64,000 bases of DNA from an uncultured Candidatus Saccharibacteria bacterium (GCA_964543265.1 CAZIWN010000001.1:104577-168576), one strand, 5' to 3'; shown: positions 27,247-36,762, numbered from the stretch's first letter. The notes: generated by a model from the letters alone, not told the origin. Made by a program: numbers and translations.

Positions 27247-27276
27247 ATTATATCATACAATATATTAATTTGTCAA
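27247..27276 (-). promoter_or_regulatory. Near-perfect sigma70 promoter TTGACA-18-TGaTATAAT, copy B of the repeated promoter module.
   Basis: Read on the minus strand: CTATTGACAAATTAATATATTGTATGATATAAT. Confidence 0.7.
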
Positions 27277-27469
27277 TAGATAAAGCATAAAAAGCTAATA
27301 AAATAAGGATTTTAATATAAAAAATCTTAAAAATAAGGATTTTTTAACAACTCCAAATTTTCACCTCTTTACAAATTAAATTTACTTTGATATAATATGG
27401 AAATGAAGGTTGGACTCAAATCGTTATTAATAGTAGCGATGAGTCCAAAAAATAATTTAAAATAACTAT

Positions 27470-29485
27470 ATGTTTAAAAAAATTATACTTTTAAATATTG
27501 CAATTCTCTCGATATTCTTTATCGATTCAAACCATAGCAAAGCTTTGGCTTCTTTTCCTGGCTATTGTTCTGGTGAAACAATAATTTTTGCTCAAGACAT
27601 AGCGGGAGTTACCCCAGGGCATAACGCTGACACGGCTATTATTAATGATAGAAGCGGAACTCGTTTAGCAACTATTAATCAGGTTAGTGATGATTATGTG
27701 GTTTTTCCTAATGATTATTATATTAAGCTTTATTCTGGAGAAAGAATCGTTTATGCCGGAGCTCAAAAAGCTAATTTAACTTTTGAAATAACAGACAATA
27801 ATTATTCTGTTTTAAATAGTTATTCTTTCGGAGTTACTGGATCTGGTAGAAAAGAAGTTCCAATATCTCAAGATGGTTATATCCATTTTATTAAAAATTT
27901 TAAATCCAATCAGGCAAGCTGGGTAATTATTTGTCCAACATCAGGATATAATCCTCCAACATCTAATAATCAGATAACCTGGAATCAGATCCAAACCCAA
28001 TATGTAAATGTTGGCAGTCTTTTGCAGTTTTCTGTTTCCGCAAACAGCTCAACCGGAAGAACAATTTCATACAGCGTAGTTAATTTGGCCCAAGGAGCTT
28101 CTTTCGATTCTAATACGAGACAATTTTCTTGGACTCCAAATCAGCCAGGAACATTTAATGTAACTTTTAGAGCCAATGATGGAATTAATTCTTCTGATAT
28201 GAATGTTTCCATAATTGTAAACGGTATAGGTGGTGGCAACGGTTGTTACTACGGTTGCAATAATAGTTGCGGATATAATTACAGCAATGATTATATATAT
28301 TCAGGTCCTTCTGTTGTAGAGCGTTATGACATTTTCAATATATTCGGAAACTCAAATCATTATAATTACAATAATTGCAATACTAGTTGCGGTTATTATG
28401 GAAATTGTAATTACAACAGTGGTTATTACTATCAGACCTATAATGTCTATGGTCCAACTTGGAACATAATCACTAATCAAACTGGTTATGCTGGACAGCT
28501 TTTAAGATTCGTAGTTTTAGCTAATAGCCAAAACGCTTCCAATCTTTCTTATTCCGCTTTTAATCTTCCTTCTGGAGCATCTTTTGATTCTGTTACTAGA
28601 ACGTTTTCTTGGGTTCCAGGATTTAATCAAGTAGGAACTTATCATGTTTTATTTAGGGTAACAGATGGATTTTCAGCTTCTCAAGACATGAATGTGACGG
28701 TGACTATTTTAAATGGCGGCGCTTCAGCTCCAAACTTTACAGTCTTTGATCCTCCAACTACTGGAGTCGAAAATCAAACATGGACATATACAGTTCAAGC
28801 AGTTTCAACGGGAGGTGGTGGAGTTGTTTATAGATTACTAACCGCTCCAGCTGGTATGACTATCGGTCAATATTCCGGAACTATTAATTGGGTTCCAAAT
28901 TCTTCTCAAGGAAGACCAGCTCCATACCTAGTAACCGTTGGAGCCTCTTCTGGATATGCAGAAAATACAAGATCATTTAACTTAACCATAACCGACTTGG
29001 ATGGAAATTATTCCAACTACATTCCACCTTACCAATCACAAGGCTCTGGATCTTATGCCAGAAAACCAAACATCTATAATATAAACGTGGACAGTATAGA
29101 TGGAGGTATTCGTGTTTCTTGGAGTACAGATATTCCGGCTAAAGGAAGGGTGATTTACGGAAAAGAATCTCAAGCCAATAAAGGTGAGCCATATTCATAT
29201 TCCAACGCCACAAATTATTCCGAAGTTAATAAAGATAATTCAGTTAATTTAACTGGGTTAGAGGATAATCAAACTTATTATTTAAGAATCGTTGCTGATG
29301 CTTCTGGTGCAGTTTCTACTAGTGAAGAGTTTAGTCATGTGTTTATAGCTTCAGCTGGGTTAGGGCTTGGTCTTGCTCTAGCTTCTTTAGGTGCTCTACT
29401 TTCTAATGGATGGTTTTGGTTAATAGTTTTAATAGTTGTAACGATTTTCTACATCTATCCCAGATTTATTAAAAAAACATCATAA
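27470..29485 (+). CDS. Large secreted, surface-anchored protein with putative Ig-like (He_PIG-type) repeats, a Cys/Tyr/Asn-rich low-complexity segment and a C-terminal TM anchor.
   Basis: Signal peptide. Three repeats of the pattern YS..NL..GASFDS.TR.FSW.P...GT..V.FR..DG. C-terminal GLGLGLALASLGALL...WLIVLIVV. Confidence 0.6.
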   Translation: MFKKIILLNIAILSIFFIDSNHSKALASFPGYCSGETIIFAQDIAGVTPGHNADTAIINDRSGTRLATINQVSDDYVVFPNDYYIKLYSGERIVYAGAQKANLTFEITDNNYSVLNSYSFGVTGSGRKEVPISQDGYIHFIKNFKSNQASWVIICPTSGYNPPTSNNQITWNQIQTQYVNVGSLLQFSVSANSSTGRTISYSVVNLAQGASFDSNTRQFSWTPNQPGTFNVTFRANDGINSSDMNVSIIVNGIGGGNGCYYGCNNSCGYNYSNDYIYSGPSVVERYDIFNIFGNSNHYNYNNCNTSCGYYGNCNYNSGYYYQTYNVYGPTWNIITNQTGYAGQLLRFVVLANSQNASNLSYSAFNLPSGASFDSVTRTFSWVPGFNQVGTYHVLFRVTDGFSASQDMNVTVTILNGGASAPNFTVFDPPTTGVENQTWTYTVQAVSTGGGGVVYRLLTAPAGMTIGQYSGTINWVPNSSQGRPAPYLVTVGASSGYAENTRSFNLTITDLDGNYSNYIPPYQSQGSGSYARKPNIYNINVDSIDGGIRVSWSTDIPAKGRVIYGKESQANKGEPYSYSNATNYSEVNKDNSVNLTGLEDNQTYYLRIVADASGAVSTSEEFSHVFIASAGLGLGLALASLGALLSNGWFWLIVLIVVTIFYIYPRFIKKTS

Positions 29486-29496
29486 CCATTTTAAAA

Positions 29497-29526
29497 CCCC
29501 GCATAATGCGGGGTTTTAAATTTGAC
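29497..29526 (+). terminator. Terminator AAAACCCCGC ataat GCGGGGTTTT.
   Basis: Read from the sequence. Confidence 0.8.
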
Positions 29527-29822
29527 GAAGAATCTTTTTAGATTCAAAATTAAAAATAGCACGATCCGAAGGCAACATTTTGCCAAAGGAGAAGAACTTG
29601 GAAAAAACCCTGCCAAGAGAGGAGCGATTTCGCGAGTGGGGAGTCGCAGAAACACTATTTCGCGGCGCATTTCTTATTCTTTGCGGACCGCTAGGATATT
29701 TGATCGGAGGTTTTTTCGTGGGATATTTATTGAATGCTAAGTGACGATCTTCTGCCGCGCGAGTACAGGCGCGGCTTTTAATTTATAACAAAATTATATT
29801 ATTTCTTGTTATAATAATTCCT

Positions 29823-30302
29823 ATGGATAAAAAAATAGAAATCGCAACCTTTGCCGCTGGTTGTTTTTGGGGAGTTGAAGATAAATTTATGGAAACCAAG
29901 GGAGTAGTTAAAACAGAGGTTGGTTATACTGGAGGACACACTCAAAATCCAACATATAAAGAAGTCTGTACTGATAAGACTGGTCACGCTGAAGCTGTGA
30001 ATGTTTATTTTGATCCAAGTCAGGTTTCTTATGAGCAACTTTTAAATATCTTCTGGGATCTGCACGATCCAACCCAATTCAATCGCCAAGGACCAGATTA
30101 TGGCAGCCAATATCGCTCGACAATTTTTTATCACGACGAAAATCAAAAATCTTTAGCCGAAAAATCAAAATCCGAATTAGATCAAAGTAAAAAATATTCC
30201 AAAAAAATAGTTACAGAAATCACTAAAGCTACAGAATTTTATAGAGCTGAGGAATATCATCAACAATATATGAAAAAGACTGGATTAAAAGTTTGCCATT
30301 AA
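29823..30302 (+). CDS. msrA: Peptide methionine sulfoxide reductase MsrA.
   Basis: Motif FAAGCFWGVE. Confidence 0.95.
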   Translation: MDKKIEIATFAAGCFWGVEDKFMETKGVVKTEVGYTGGHTQNPTYKEVCTDKTGHAEAVNVYFDPSQVSYEQLLNIFWDLHDPTQFNRQGPDYGSQYRSTIFYHDENQKSLAEKSKSELDQSKKYSKKIVTEITKATEFYRAEEYHQQYMKKTGLKVCH

Positions 30303-30306
30303 TAAT

Positions 30307-30933
30307 ATGTCTAATCCACTAATTACAATATTTCAGCTTATAGTTTTAATTTTCTCGGTGATGATTCATGAGATTTCGCATGGAGCTATGGCTCTTAAAT
30401 TTGGCGACACCACAGCTAAAGATGCTGGCAGGTTAACATTAAATCCTTTGCGCCATATAGATCCAATATACTCAGTATTATTGCCATTAATCCTAATGCT
30501 TTCCGGAGCTCCGGTTTTTGGAATGGCCAAACCCGTTCCAGTTAATCCGTTCAATTTAAAAAATCCCAAAAAACAATATGGCCTAGTTGGTTTAGCTGGT
30601 CCATTAAGCAATTTTTTACTGGCTTTAATTTTTGGATTATTTCTAAGAATTATTCCATTAATAAATAGCAATCCATCTATCGCTCTAATTCTAGGTTTTG
30701 AAATTATAGTTTTGGTTAATATTAGTTTGGGAGTTTTTAATATGTTGCCAATTCCTCCATTAGATGGCTCAAATTTTTTATTTTCCTTTTTAAAGGATGA
30801 TTCAAGGGTTAAATATTTTTTGGCGCGATACGGAATGATAATTTTATTAGTTTTAATTTTTACAAATTCAATTAATTTTATTAGTCCAATAATCGGTTTT
30901 TTATTCAAATTATTTACAGGAATTAATCTCTAG
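30307..30933 (+). CDS. Site-2 protease family (M50) intramembrane metalloprotease, short form.
   Basis: HEISH in TM1 and the LPIPPLDGSNF (NPxxLDG-like) motif. Confidence 0.75.
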   Translation: MSNPLITIFQLIVLIFSVMIHEISHGAMALKFGDTTAKDAGRLTLNPLRHIDPIYSVLLPLILMLSGAPVFGMAKPVPVNPFNLKNPKKQYGLVGLAGPLSNFLLALIFGLFLRIIPLINSNPSIALILGFEIIVLVNISLGVFNMLPIPPLDGSNFLFSFLKDDSRVKYFLARYGMIILLVLIFTNSINFISPIIGFLFKLFTGINL

Positions 30934-30976
30934 TTTATTTTTTGACATTTAACCTCATAGATATAAGATTGTATAT

Positions 30977-31678
30977 ATGGCCAAAAAATATGTCGTTACT
31001 ATATATGGCGCCCCAGGTTCGGGCAAGACAATGCAAGCCGATCTTCTTTCTAGGAGATTGGGTATTTTGCATTTCGACATAGGACATTTTTTGGAAGAAA
31101 TTTTTAAAGATAAGAATTATTTAAGCGATAAAAAAGTAATTGAACAAAAACAAATTTTCGAAACAGGTGGAATGTGCGATCCTCTATGGGTTGTTTCTTT
31201 AGTTTCTAAGCGATTTAAAGAGATTTCAGATTCAGGATCTAGCTTGATTCTTAGCGGATCATTAAGAACGGTTTTAGAAACATTCGGCCACGAAAAGATG
31301 AAGGGGTTGATAGATGTTTTAGAAGATGGTTATGGTAAGGATAATATTTATTTCTATTTCTTAGACTCAAAGCCAGAAACTTCAATTAAGAGAAATAAAA
31401 ATAGATTGATTTGTTCAATTTGCGGAAGACCAGTTTTAAGCGATTCCTTTAAGACAAAGCCGATTGCCTGTCCGATTTGCGGAGGTAAGCTAAGCGCTAG
31501 AGCTCTAGATAAGCCAGAAATTATAAAGAAGCGCCTTATGGTTTTTAACTCAGACACAGCACCAGTTTTAGATGAATTGAGTAAGCGAGGCTACAAGATT
31601 ACTCATATTCAGGGAGAGAGAAAGCCGTACGAGGTTGAAGCAGATATTCTAAAAAGCCTGAATCATGATAAAAAATAA
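30977..31678 (+). CDS. Adenylate-kinase-like NMP kinase with a zinc-ribbon LID.
   Basis: P-loop GAPGSGKTMQA and CSICGRP...CPICGG; it overlaps map, as in the secY-adk-map arrangement. Confidence 0.6.
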   Translation: MAKKYVVTIYGAPGSGKTMQADLLSRRLGILHFDIGHFLEEIFKDKNYLSDKKVIEQKQIFETGGMCDPLWVVSLVSKRFKEISDSGSSLILSGSLRTVLETFGHEKMKGLIDVLEDGYGKDNIYFYFLDSKPETSIKRNKNRLICSICGRPVLSDSFKTKPIACPICGGKLSARALDKPEIIKKRLMVFNSDTAPVLDELSKRGYKITHIQGERKPYEVEADILKSLNHDKK

Positions 31679-32417
31679 AGAAGAGATAGAAAGAATAGGA
31701 AAATCTGGTAAAATTTTAGCTGAAGTTCTAAAGATATTAAAGAAAGAGGCAAAGATAGGAGTTTCACTTTTACAACTAGACGCACTAGCAAAAAAATCGA
31801 TTGAGTCGCTTGGTGGAATTCCAGCATTTTTAAATTATTTTCCATATGGAGCAAAGAAGCCGTATCCAAATACGCTGTGCGCTTCTTTGAATGAAGTGAT
31901 AGTTCACGGCGTACCAACAGAAAGAAAGTTGAGGGATGGGGACGTTTTAAAGCTTGATCTCGGTGTTGTGTTTGATGGTTTTTATTCTGATTCCGCAATC
32001 ACCGTTATTATTGGTAATCCTTCTAAGGAGGCTTTAAACCTAATCAAGGCAACGGAATTGGCTTTAGTAGAAGGGATTAAGTCAGCCAAGTCCGGCAATA
32101 CCTTGGGAGATGTAGGTTTTGCCATTCAATCAGTTGCTAGTAAGTATGGAGTTTCTGTTGTTCGTGGACTAGGTGGTCATGGAGTGGGTCGCGATCTTCA
32201 CGAAGAGCCCTTTATAGATAATATGGGAAGCCCAGGAAAGGGTCTTAAGTTGAAAGATGGAATGGTGGTTGCGTTAGAGCCAATGTTCTCTTTAGGTTCC
32301 GGAGAGATAAAAATTCTCCCAGATGATAGTTATGCCACAAAGGATGGATCCTTATCTGCTCAATTTGAGCATACGGTCCTTATAACTAAGGCTGGGGGCG
32401 AGATTTTAACCAAGTAA
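31665..32417 (+). CDS. map: Methionine aminopeptidase type I.
   Basis: Motif GHGVGRDLHEEP and the metal-ligand pattern. Confidence 0.9.
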   Translation: MIKNKEEIERIGKSGKILAEVLKILKKEAKIGVSLLQLDALAKKSIESLGGIPAFLNYFPYGAKKPYPNTLCASLNEVIVHGVPTERKLRDGDVLKLDLGVVFDGFYSDSAITVIIGNPSKEALNLIKATELALVEGIKSAKSGNTLGDVGFAIQSVASKYGVSVVRGLGGHGVGRDLHEEPFIDNMGSPGKGLKLKDGMVVALEPMFSLGSGEIKILPDDSYATKDGSLSAQFEHTVLITKAGGEILTK

Positions 32418-32541
32418 AACCTCGTCCAACAATATCGAGTTCTAATCTTGGTTGATGTGCGATAGATGATTTATTTTTGCTTTAAAATTTCAAATTTTAA
32501 CACTTTTTTGAATTTGATTAATATTATTAATTAATGTAAAC

Positions 32542-33015
32542 TTGATACTTAATTTTATGGAATACTACTTAACACCTGAAAAACTAAGCGAATTAAAAAC
32601 CGAATTGGAACGGTTAAAAACCGAAGCCAGAATTGAGATTTCAGAAAAGATAAAACGCGCCAAAGAATATGGTGATTTATCTGAGAATGCAGAATATTCA
32701 GAAGCCCGTGATGAGCAGGCCGAACTAGAGAAAAAAATTGCAGAAATGGAGGATTTAATAGGTAATGCAGTTTTAATTAAAAAAGCTCATAATAAAAAGG
32801 GATTGATAGAAATAGGATCAAGCTTCACGGTTTCTAAAAATGGTAAGGAAGCTAAGATGAGGCTCGTCGGTTCAAGCGAGGCAGATCCAGTAGCCGGCTT
32901 GATTTCTAATGAATCTCCTTTAGGAAAAGAGCTTTTAGGAAAGGAAAAAGGTGACACCATCACGATTAAGGCCCCAATGGGTGAGATAAAATACAAAATT
33001 TTACAAGTAGATTAA
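32542..33015 (+). CDS. greA: Transcription elongation factor GreA (the true start is probably the Met at 32557).
   Basis: N-terminal coiled coil YGDLSENAEY.EAR.EQ and a C-terminal FKBP-like domain. Confidence 0.9.
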   Translation: MILNFMEYYLTPEKLSELKTELERLKTEARIEISEKIKRAKEYGDLSENAEYSEARDEQAELEKKIAEMEDLIGNAVLIKKAHNKKGLIEIGSSFTVSKNGKEAKMRLVGSSEADPVAGLISNESPLGKELLGKEKGDTITIKAPMGEIKYKILQVD

Positions 33016-33026
33016 TTTTAATTTAA

Positions 33027-34484
33027 ATGGACTCATTAAGAGAAGAAAGAATTAAAAAACTAAACCTGCTTCGCAAGGCCAATATCGATCCATATCCTCC
33101 AAGAATTAAAAGAGATTTTGAAATTAATTCAGTCATATCGAATTTTAATAAATTTACTAAAGCCAAAAAGAAAATTTCTTTAGTTGGGCGCTTGGTTGGT
33201 TTAAGGGTTCAAGGAGCTTTATTTTTCGCTGACTTAAAAGATGAATCTGGAAAGATTCAAATTTTAGGTAAAAAAGATAATCTAAAAAATTTTGATATTT
33301 TTAAAGACGCCATAGATATAGGTGATTTTGTCGAAGTTTCTGGAGTTCCTTTTATTACCAAAAGAGGAGAAAAAAGCATAGAGGCAAAATCAATTAATAT
33401 TATCGTAAAAAGTTTGCGCCCAATACCATCAGATTGGTATGGCATACAAGACATTGAGCTTAAATTAAGAAAAAGATATTTAGATATTTTAGCCAATGAG
33501 GATATAAAAGAATTATTTAAAAAGAAAACTATTTTTTGGGCCACTTTCAGGGATGAATTAAAAAAGGAGGGTTTTTTAGAAGTTGAAACTCCAATTTTAG
33601 AGACTACTCCAGGAGGAGCTGATGCTGAGCCATTTAAGACGCATCACAACGCTCTTGATACTGATTTTTATTTAAGGATATCTTTAGAGATTGCTTTAAA
33701 AAAACTTTTAGTTGCTGGATATGAAAAAATTTTTGAAATAGGCAGAATTTTTAGAAATGAAGGCATAGACGCAGAACACTTACAAGACTATACCCAGATA
33801 GAATTTTATTGGGCTTATAAAGACTACAACGATTTAATGAAATTCATCGAACCTCTTTATAAAAAAATTATTAAAAATACTTTCGGAACTCTAAAAACCG
33901 AATGGAGGGGTATGAAAGTTGATTGGGGGAAAAAATGGCAAAAAATTTCATATTATGATCTTTTCAGAGAAAAATTAAGCATTGATTTAGAAAAAGCTTC
34001 AACCGCCGACCTAGAAAAGAAGGCTAAAAGTTTAAATCTAAAAATAGAACCAAATTTAAATCGTGGAAGATTAATCGATATTCTTTTCAAAACAATTCGC
34101 AAAGAGATTATTCAACCAGTGTTTTTAATCGACCAACCAGCAGAGCTTGAGCCGTTAGCTAAGCGCAATCCAGCTTCTCCTCATAAAGTTGAGAGGATGC
34201 AGATTATTGCTTGTGGAACAGAGCTTGGTAAGGGATTCTCTGAAGCTAATGATCCGTTAGATCAACGCGCTAGATTTGAAGAGCAAATGAAGATGAGGGA
34301 AGCGGGAGATAAAGAAGCTCAGATGTTAGATGAAGAATTTCTAGAAGCTCTTGAATACGGAATGCCTCCAACTGCGGGTTTTGGTATTTCGGAAAGATTA
34401 TTCGCTGTTTTAGCCGATAAACCAGTTCGAGAATGTGTATTTTTCCCTTTAATGAAAAGAGTTTCTAAAAAAGAAGACCAATAA
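33027..34484 (+). CDS. lysS: Lysyl-tRNA synthetase (class II).
   Basis: OB-fold N-terminus, class II motifs and GRIFRNEGID. Confidence 0.9.
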   Translation: MDSLREERIKKLNLLRKANIDPYPPRIKRDFEINSVISNFNKFTKAKKKISLVGRLVGLRVQGALFFADLKDESGKIQILGKKDNLKNFDIFKDAIDIGDFVEVSGVPFITKRGEKSIEAKSINIIVKSLRPIPSDWYGIQDIELKLRKRYLDILANEDIKELFKKKTIFWATFRDELKKEGFLEVETPILETTPGGADAEPFKTHHNALDTDFYLRISLEIALKKLLVAGYEKIFEIGRIFRNEGIDAEHLQDYTQIEFYWAYKDYNDLMKFIEPLYKKIIKNTFGTLKTEWRGMKVDWGKKWQKISYYDLFREKLSIDLEKASTADLEKKAKSLNLKIEPNLNRGRLIDILFKTIRKEIIQPVFLIDQPAELEPLAKRNPASPHKVERMQIIACGTELGKGFSEANDPLDQRARFEEQMKMREAGDKEAQMLDEEFLEALEYGMPPTAGFGISERLFAVLADKPVRECVFFPLMKRVSKKEDQ

Positions 34485-34502
34485 CGGTCTTCTTTTTTAA
34501 TC

Positions 34503-34532
34503 TTGACAATATATCTATTTAGGGAATAAAAT
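34503..34532 (+). promoter_or_regulatory. Consensus-like promoter TTGACA-18-TAAAAT at the start of a GC-rich islet.
   Basis: Read from the sequence. Confidence 0.6.
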
Positions 34533-34590
34533 TAAATTCCACGCGCTTTAAGAGGAAGCGCGCAGAAATCACTTGTCGAAGGGAGATTGA

Positions 34591-34821
34591 ATGGGTGCGA
34601 AGAGGGGATCTACGGTGAGGCAGGGATCTGTTGGCGGCGCCTCTTCTTCTACTGTCTTGAACCGACTGGCTCAACCCGACTGGAAGTTCAAGGGGGTTGA
34701 ACCGATTCGCGGGGCGATGAAGGGGTGCAGGTCTTGCACCTTCGATGGCGTGCCTCACGGTCAGTTCAGGGTGGGTGGTCCGAGGGGCGTCGTCTCCAGG
34801 TGTCCTTGCACGAACAGGTGA
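34591..34821 (+). CDS. Small 76-aa ORF (CRSC...CPC) in a GC-rich islet; coding status uncertain.
   Basis: SD site GAAGGGAG lies 6 nt upstream of the ATG. The Gly/Arg/Ser/Val-rich composition is typical of a random GC-rich translation. A 5' UTR hairpin CGCGCTT/AAGCGCG precedes it and a strong terminator follows. Confidence 0.35.
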   Translation: MGAKRGSTVRQGSVGGASSSTVLNRLAQPDWKFKGVEPIRGAMKGCRSCTFDGVPHGQFRVGGPRGVVSRCPCTNR

Positions 34822-34825
34822 TTTT

Positions 34826-34866
34826 TCAGCCCGGCTTTCCGAAAAGGAAGCCGGGCTGTATAATTT
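34826..34866 (+). terminator. Terminator CAGCCCGGCTTTCC gaaaa GGAAGCCGGGCTG followed by TATAATTTAT.
   Basis: 13-bp near-perfect stem. Confidence 0.8.
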
Positions 34867-34872
34867 ATATAA

Positions 34873-35256
34873 ATGAAAAAAGTTATGGTTTTCGGCGACT
34901 TCGATGGCCTTCATGAGGGTCATAGATTTTTTCTACGAAGCGCCAGAAAGTATGGAGATTATTTAATAGTGGCAGTTTCTCAAGATCATATTATCAAGCA
35001 TTTAAAAGGAGAATATCCAATAAAGAATTTTGCCGAACGCTTTGAGCACTTAGAAAATTATGACGATGTAAATCAAGTTGTCATTGGTGATCCGGAAAAC
35101 TCCCCAATTAATTTGATAAAAAAATATAATCCCGATATAGTTGTCTTATCTAAAAATCAAGAATTTTTACAAAACGAGATAGAAAGAAATTACGAAAATT
35201 TTTCTAAAAAAATTGAATTAAAGATAGTAGACGTTGGAGAAATAAAAATTTATTAA
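34873..35256 (+). CDS. Cytidylyltransferase-like (HxGH) nucleotidyltransferase domain protein (FMN adenylyltransferase-like).
   Basis: Motif VFGDFDGLHEGHRFFL. Confidence 0.55.
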   Translation: MKKVMVFGDFDGLHEGHRFFLRSARKYGDYLIVAVSQDHIIKHLKGEYPIKNFAERFEHLENYDDVNQVVIGDPENSPINLIKKYNPDIVVLSKNQEFLQNEIERNYENFSKKIELKIVDVGEIKIY

Positions 35257-35261
35257 TTAAT

Positions 35262-36557
35262 ATGCTAGATATAAAATTCATCAAAGAAAACGCTGATTTG
35301 GTTCAAAAAGTCAGTAATGAAAAAGGTTATAAGGTTGATGTTTCTGAGACTCTTAAGCTTTATAATGAGCAAAACTTAATTCTTCAGAAAATAGAAGGAT
35401 TGAGAAAAGAAAGAAATGAATTAGCAGCCCTTTCAAAAAATTCCAAACCCACAGAAGAGCATATTAAACGCGGAAAAGAGATAAAATCAGAAATTACCAA
35501 TCTTGAAGAATCTCTTAAAAAAGCCGAAAGCGATTTTTTAATTTCAATAAAAAAAATTCCAAACATTTATTCAGAAGATGTTCCTAAGGGAAAATCAGAA
35601 GATGAAAATGTTGTGGTTAAAACAGTAGGCGAAATTCCAAAATTTAAATTTACTCCCAAAAATCATTGGCAATTAGGTGAGGCTAAACACTGGATAGATA
35701 AAGAAAGAGCCACTAAAGTCGCCGGCACTCGTTTTGCGTATCTTATGGGAGATATGGTCCGCTTAGAATGGGCTCTTATGCGTTTTGCTATGGACGTTTT
35801 AACCGACGAAAAAACTTTAAAGAAAATAATTAAGGCTAATAATTTAAAAGTTTCTTCCAAACCATTTATTCCAGTTCTTCCTCCTTATATGATCAAAACA
35901 GAGCAATATGATGCTATGGATAGACTCGAGCCAAGAGAAGAAAGATATAAAATCGAAGGTGAAGATCTCTGGCTTCAAGGTTCCGCTGAGCACGTTTTAG
36001 GCAGTATGCACTCCGATGAAATTTTTAACGAAAGTGAATTACCGTTAAGATATGTCGGCTTTGCCACATCTTTTAGAAAAGAAGCTGGAAGCTATGGAAA
36101 AGATATGGAGGGCATTATCCGTCTTCATCAATTTAATAAGATGGAATTAGAAAGTTTTTCTGTAAAAGAAAATGGTATGCAAGAACATTTATTTTTTGTC
36201 GCCATTCAAGAGTATTTAATGAAAACACTAGAGCTTCCTTATAGGGTTGTAATGAAATGCACCGCAGATATCGGCAAACCAAACGCCAGAGGAATTGATA
36301 TTGATGTTTGGCTCCCTGGGCAAAATAAATATCGCGAAACTCACACAGCAGATTATATGACCGACTATCAAGCGCGCAGGCTTAAAACCAGAGTCAGAAG
36401 AGCCGATAATTCAGTTGAATTAATCCACACCAACGACGCCACTGCTCTTTCTCAAAGGCCATTAATAGCTATCTTAGAAAACAATCAAAGAGAAGACGGA
36501 TCAATCGAAATTCCTAAAGTTTTGCGTCCATACATGAACGGTAGAAAAGTTATTTAA
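35262..36557 (+). CDS. serS: Seryl-tRNA synthetase.
   Basis: N-terminal coiled-coil arm and the class II core (RFAYLMGDMVRLEWALMRFAMD). Confidence 0.85.
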   Translation: MLDIKFIKENADLVQKVSNEKGYKVDVSETLKLYNEQNLILQKIEGLRKERNELAALSKNSKPTEEHIKRGKEIKSEITNLEESLKKAESDFLISIKKIPNIYSEDVPKGKSEDENVVVKTVGEIPKFKFTPKNHWQLGEAKHWIDKERATKVAGTRFAYLMGDMVRLEWALMRFAMDVLTDEKTLKKIIKANNLKVSSKPFIPVLPPYMIKTEQYDAMDRLEPREERYKIEGEDLWLQGSAEHVLGSMHSDEIFNESELPLRYVGFATSFRKEAGSYGKDMEGIIRLHQFNKMELESFSVKENGMQEHLFFVAIQEYLMKTLELPYRVVMKCTADIGKPNARGIDIDVWLPGQNKYRETHTADYMTDYQARRLKTRVRRADNSVELIHTNDATALSQRPLIAILENNQREDGSIEIPKVLRPYMNGRKVI

Positions 36558-36565
36558 TTTTAAAT

Positions 36566-36600
36566 GCCCAACCATTTTCACGGTTGGGCATTTTATTTGT
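36566..36600. terminator. Terminator GCCCAACC attttcac GGTTGGGC followed by a T-tract (bidirectional).
   Basis: Read from the sequence. Confidence 0.8.
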
Positions 36601-36762
36601 TTATCTTTTCGGCTTTTTATTTGGTTTACATATCAACCATACCATTAAAGCCAAAAGCCCAAGGGCAATAAGTGCGATGTTCCAAGGATTTATCCCAAAA
36701 TCCTTAGCTGTTGTTATTATCTCTCGCGACCATCCTGGCATTGGACACTTGCTGTCTTGCAT
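36601..36762 (-). CDS. 53-aa protein with a C-terminal TM helix (MQDSKCPMPGWSREIITTAKDFGINPWNIALIALGLLALMVWLICKPNKKPKR).
   Basis: SD site AAGGGG lies 6 nt upstream of the ATG. Candidate promoter TTGATA-16-TAGACT lies upstream on the minus strand. Hand-translated. Confidence 0.4.
   Translation of the reverse strand: MQDSKCPMPGWSREIITTAKDFGINPWNIALIALGLLALMVWLICKPNKKPKR

Noticed and set aside
34519-34923. 134-aa minus-strand ORF spanning islet 6 and running into the next native gene.
   Set aside because: It crosses the hairpin terminator and the native start. It is a GC-rich antisense artefact.
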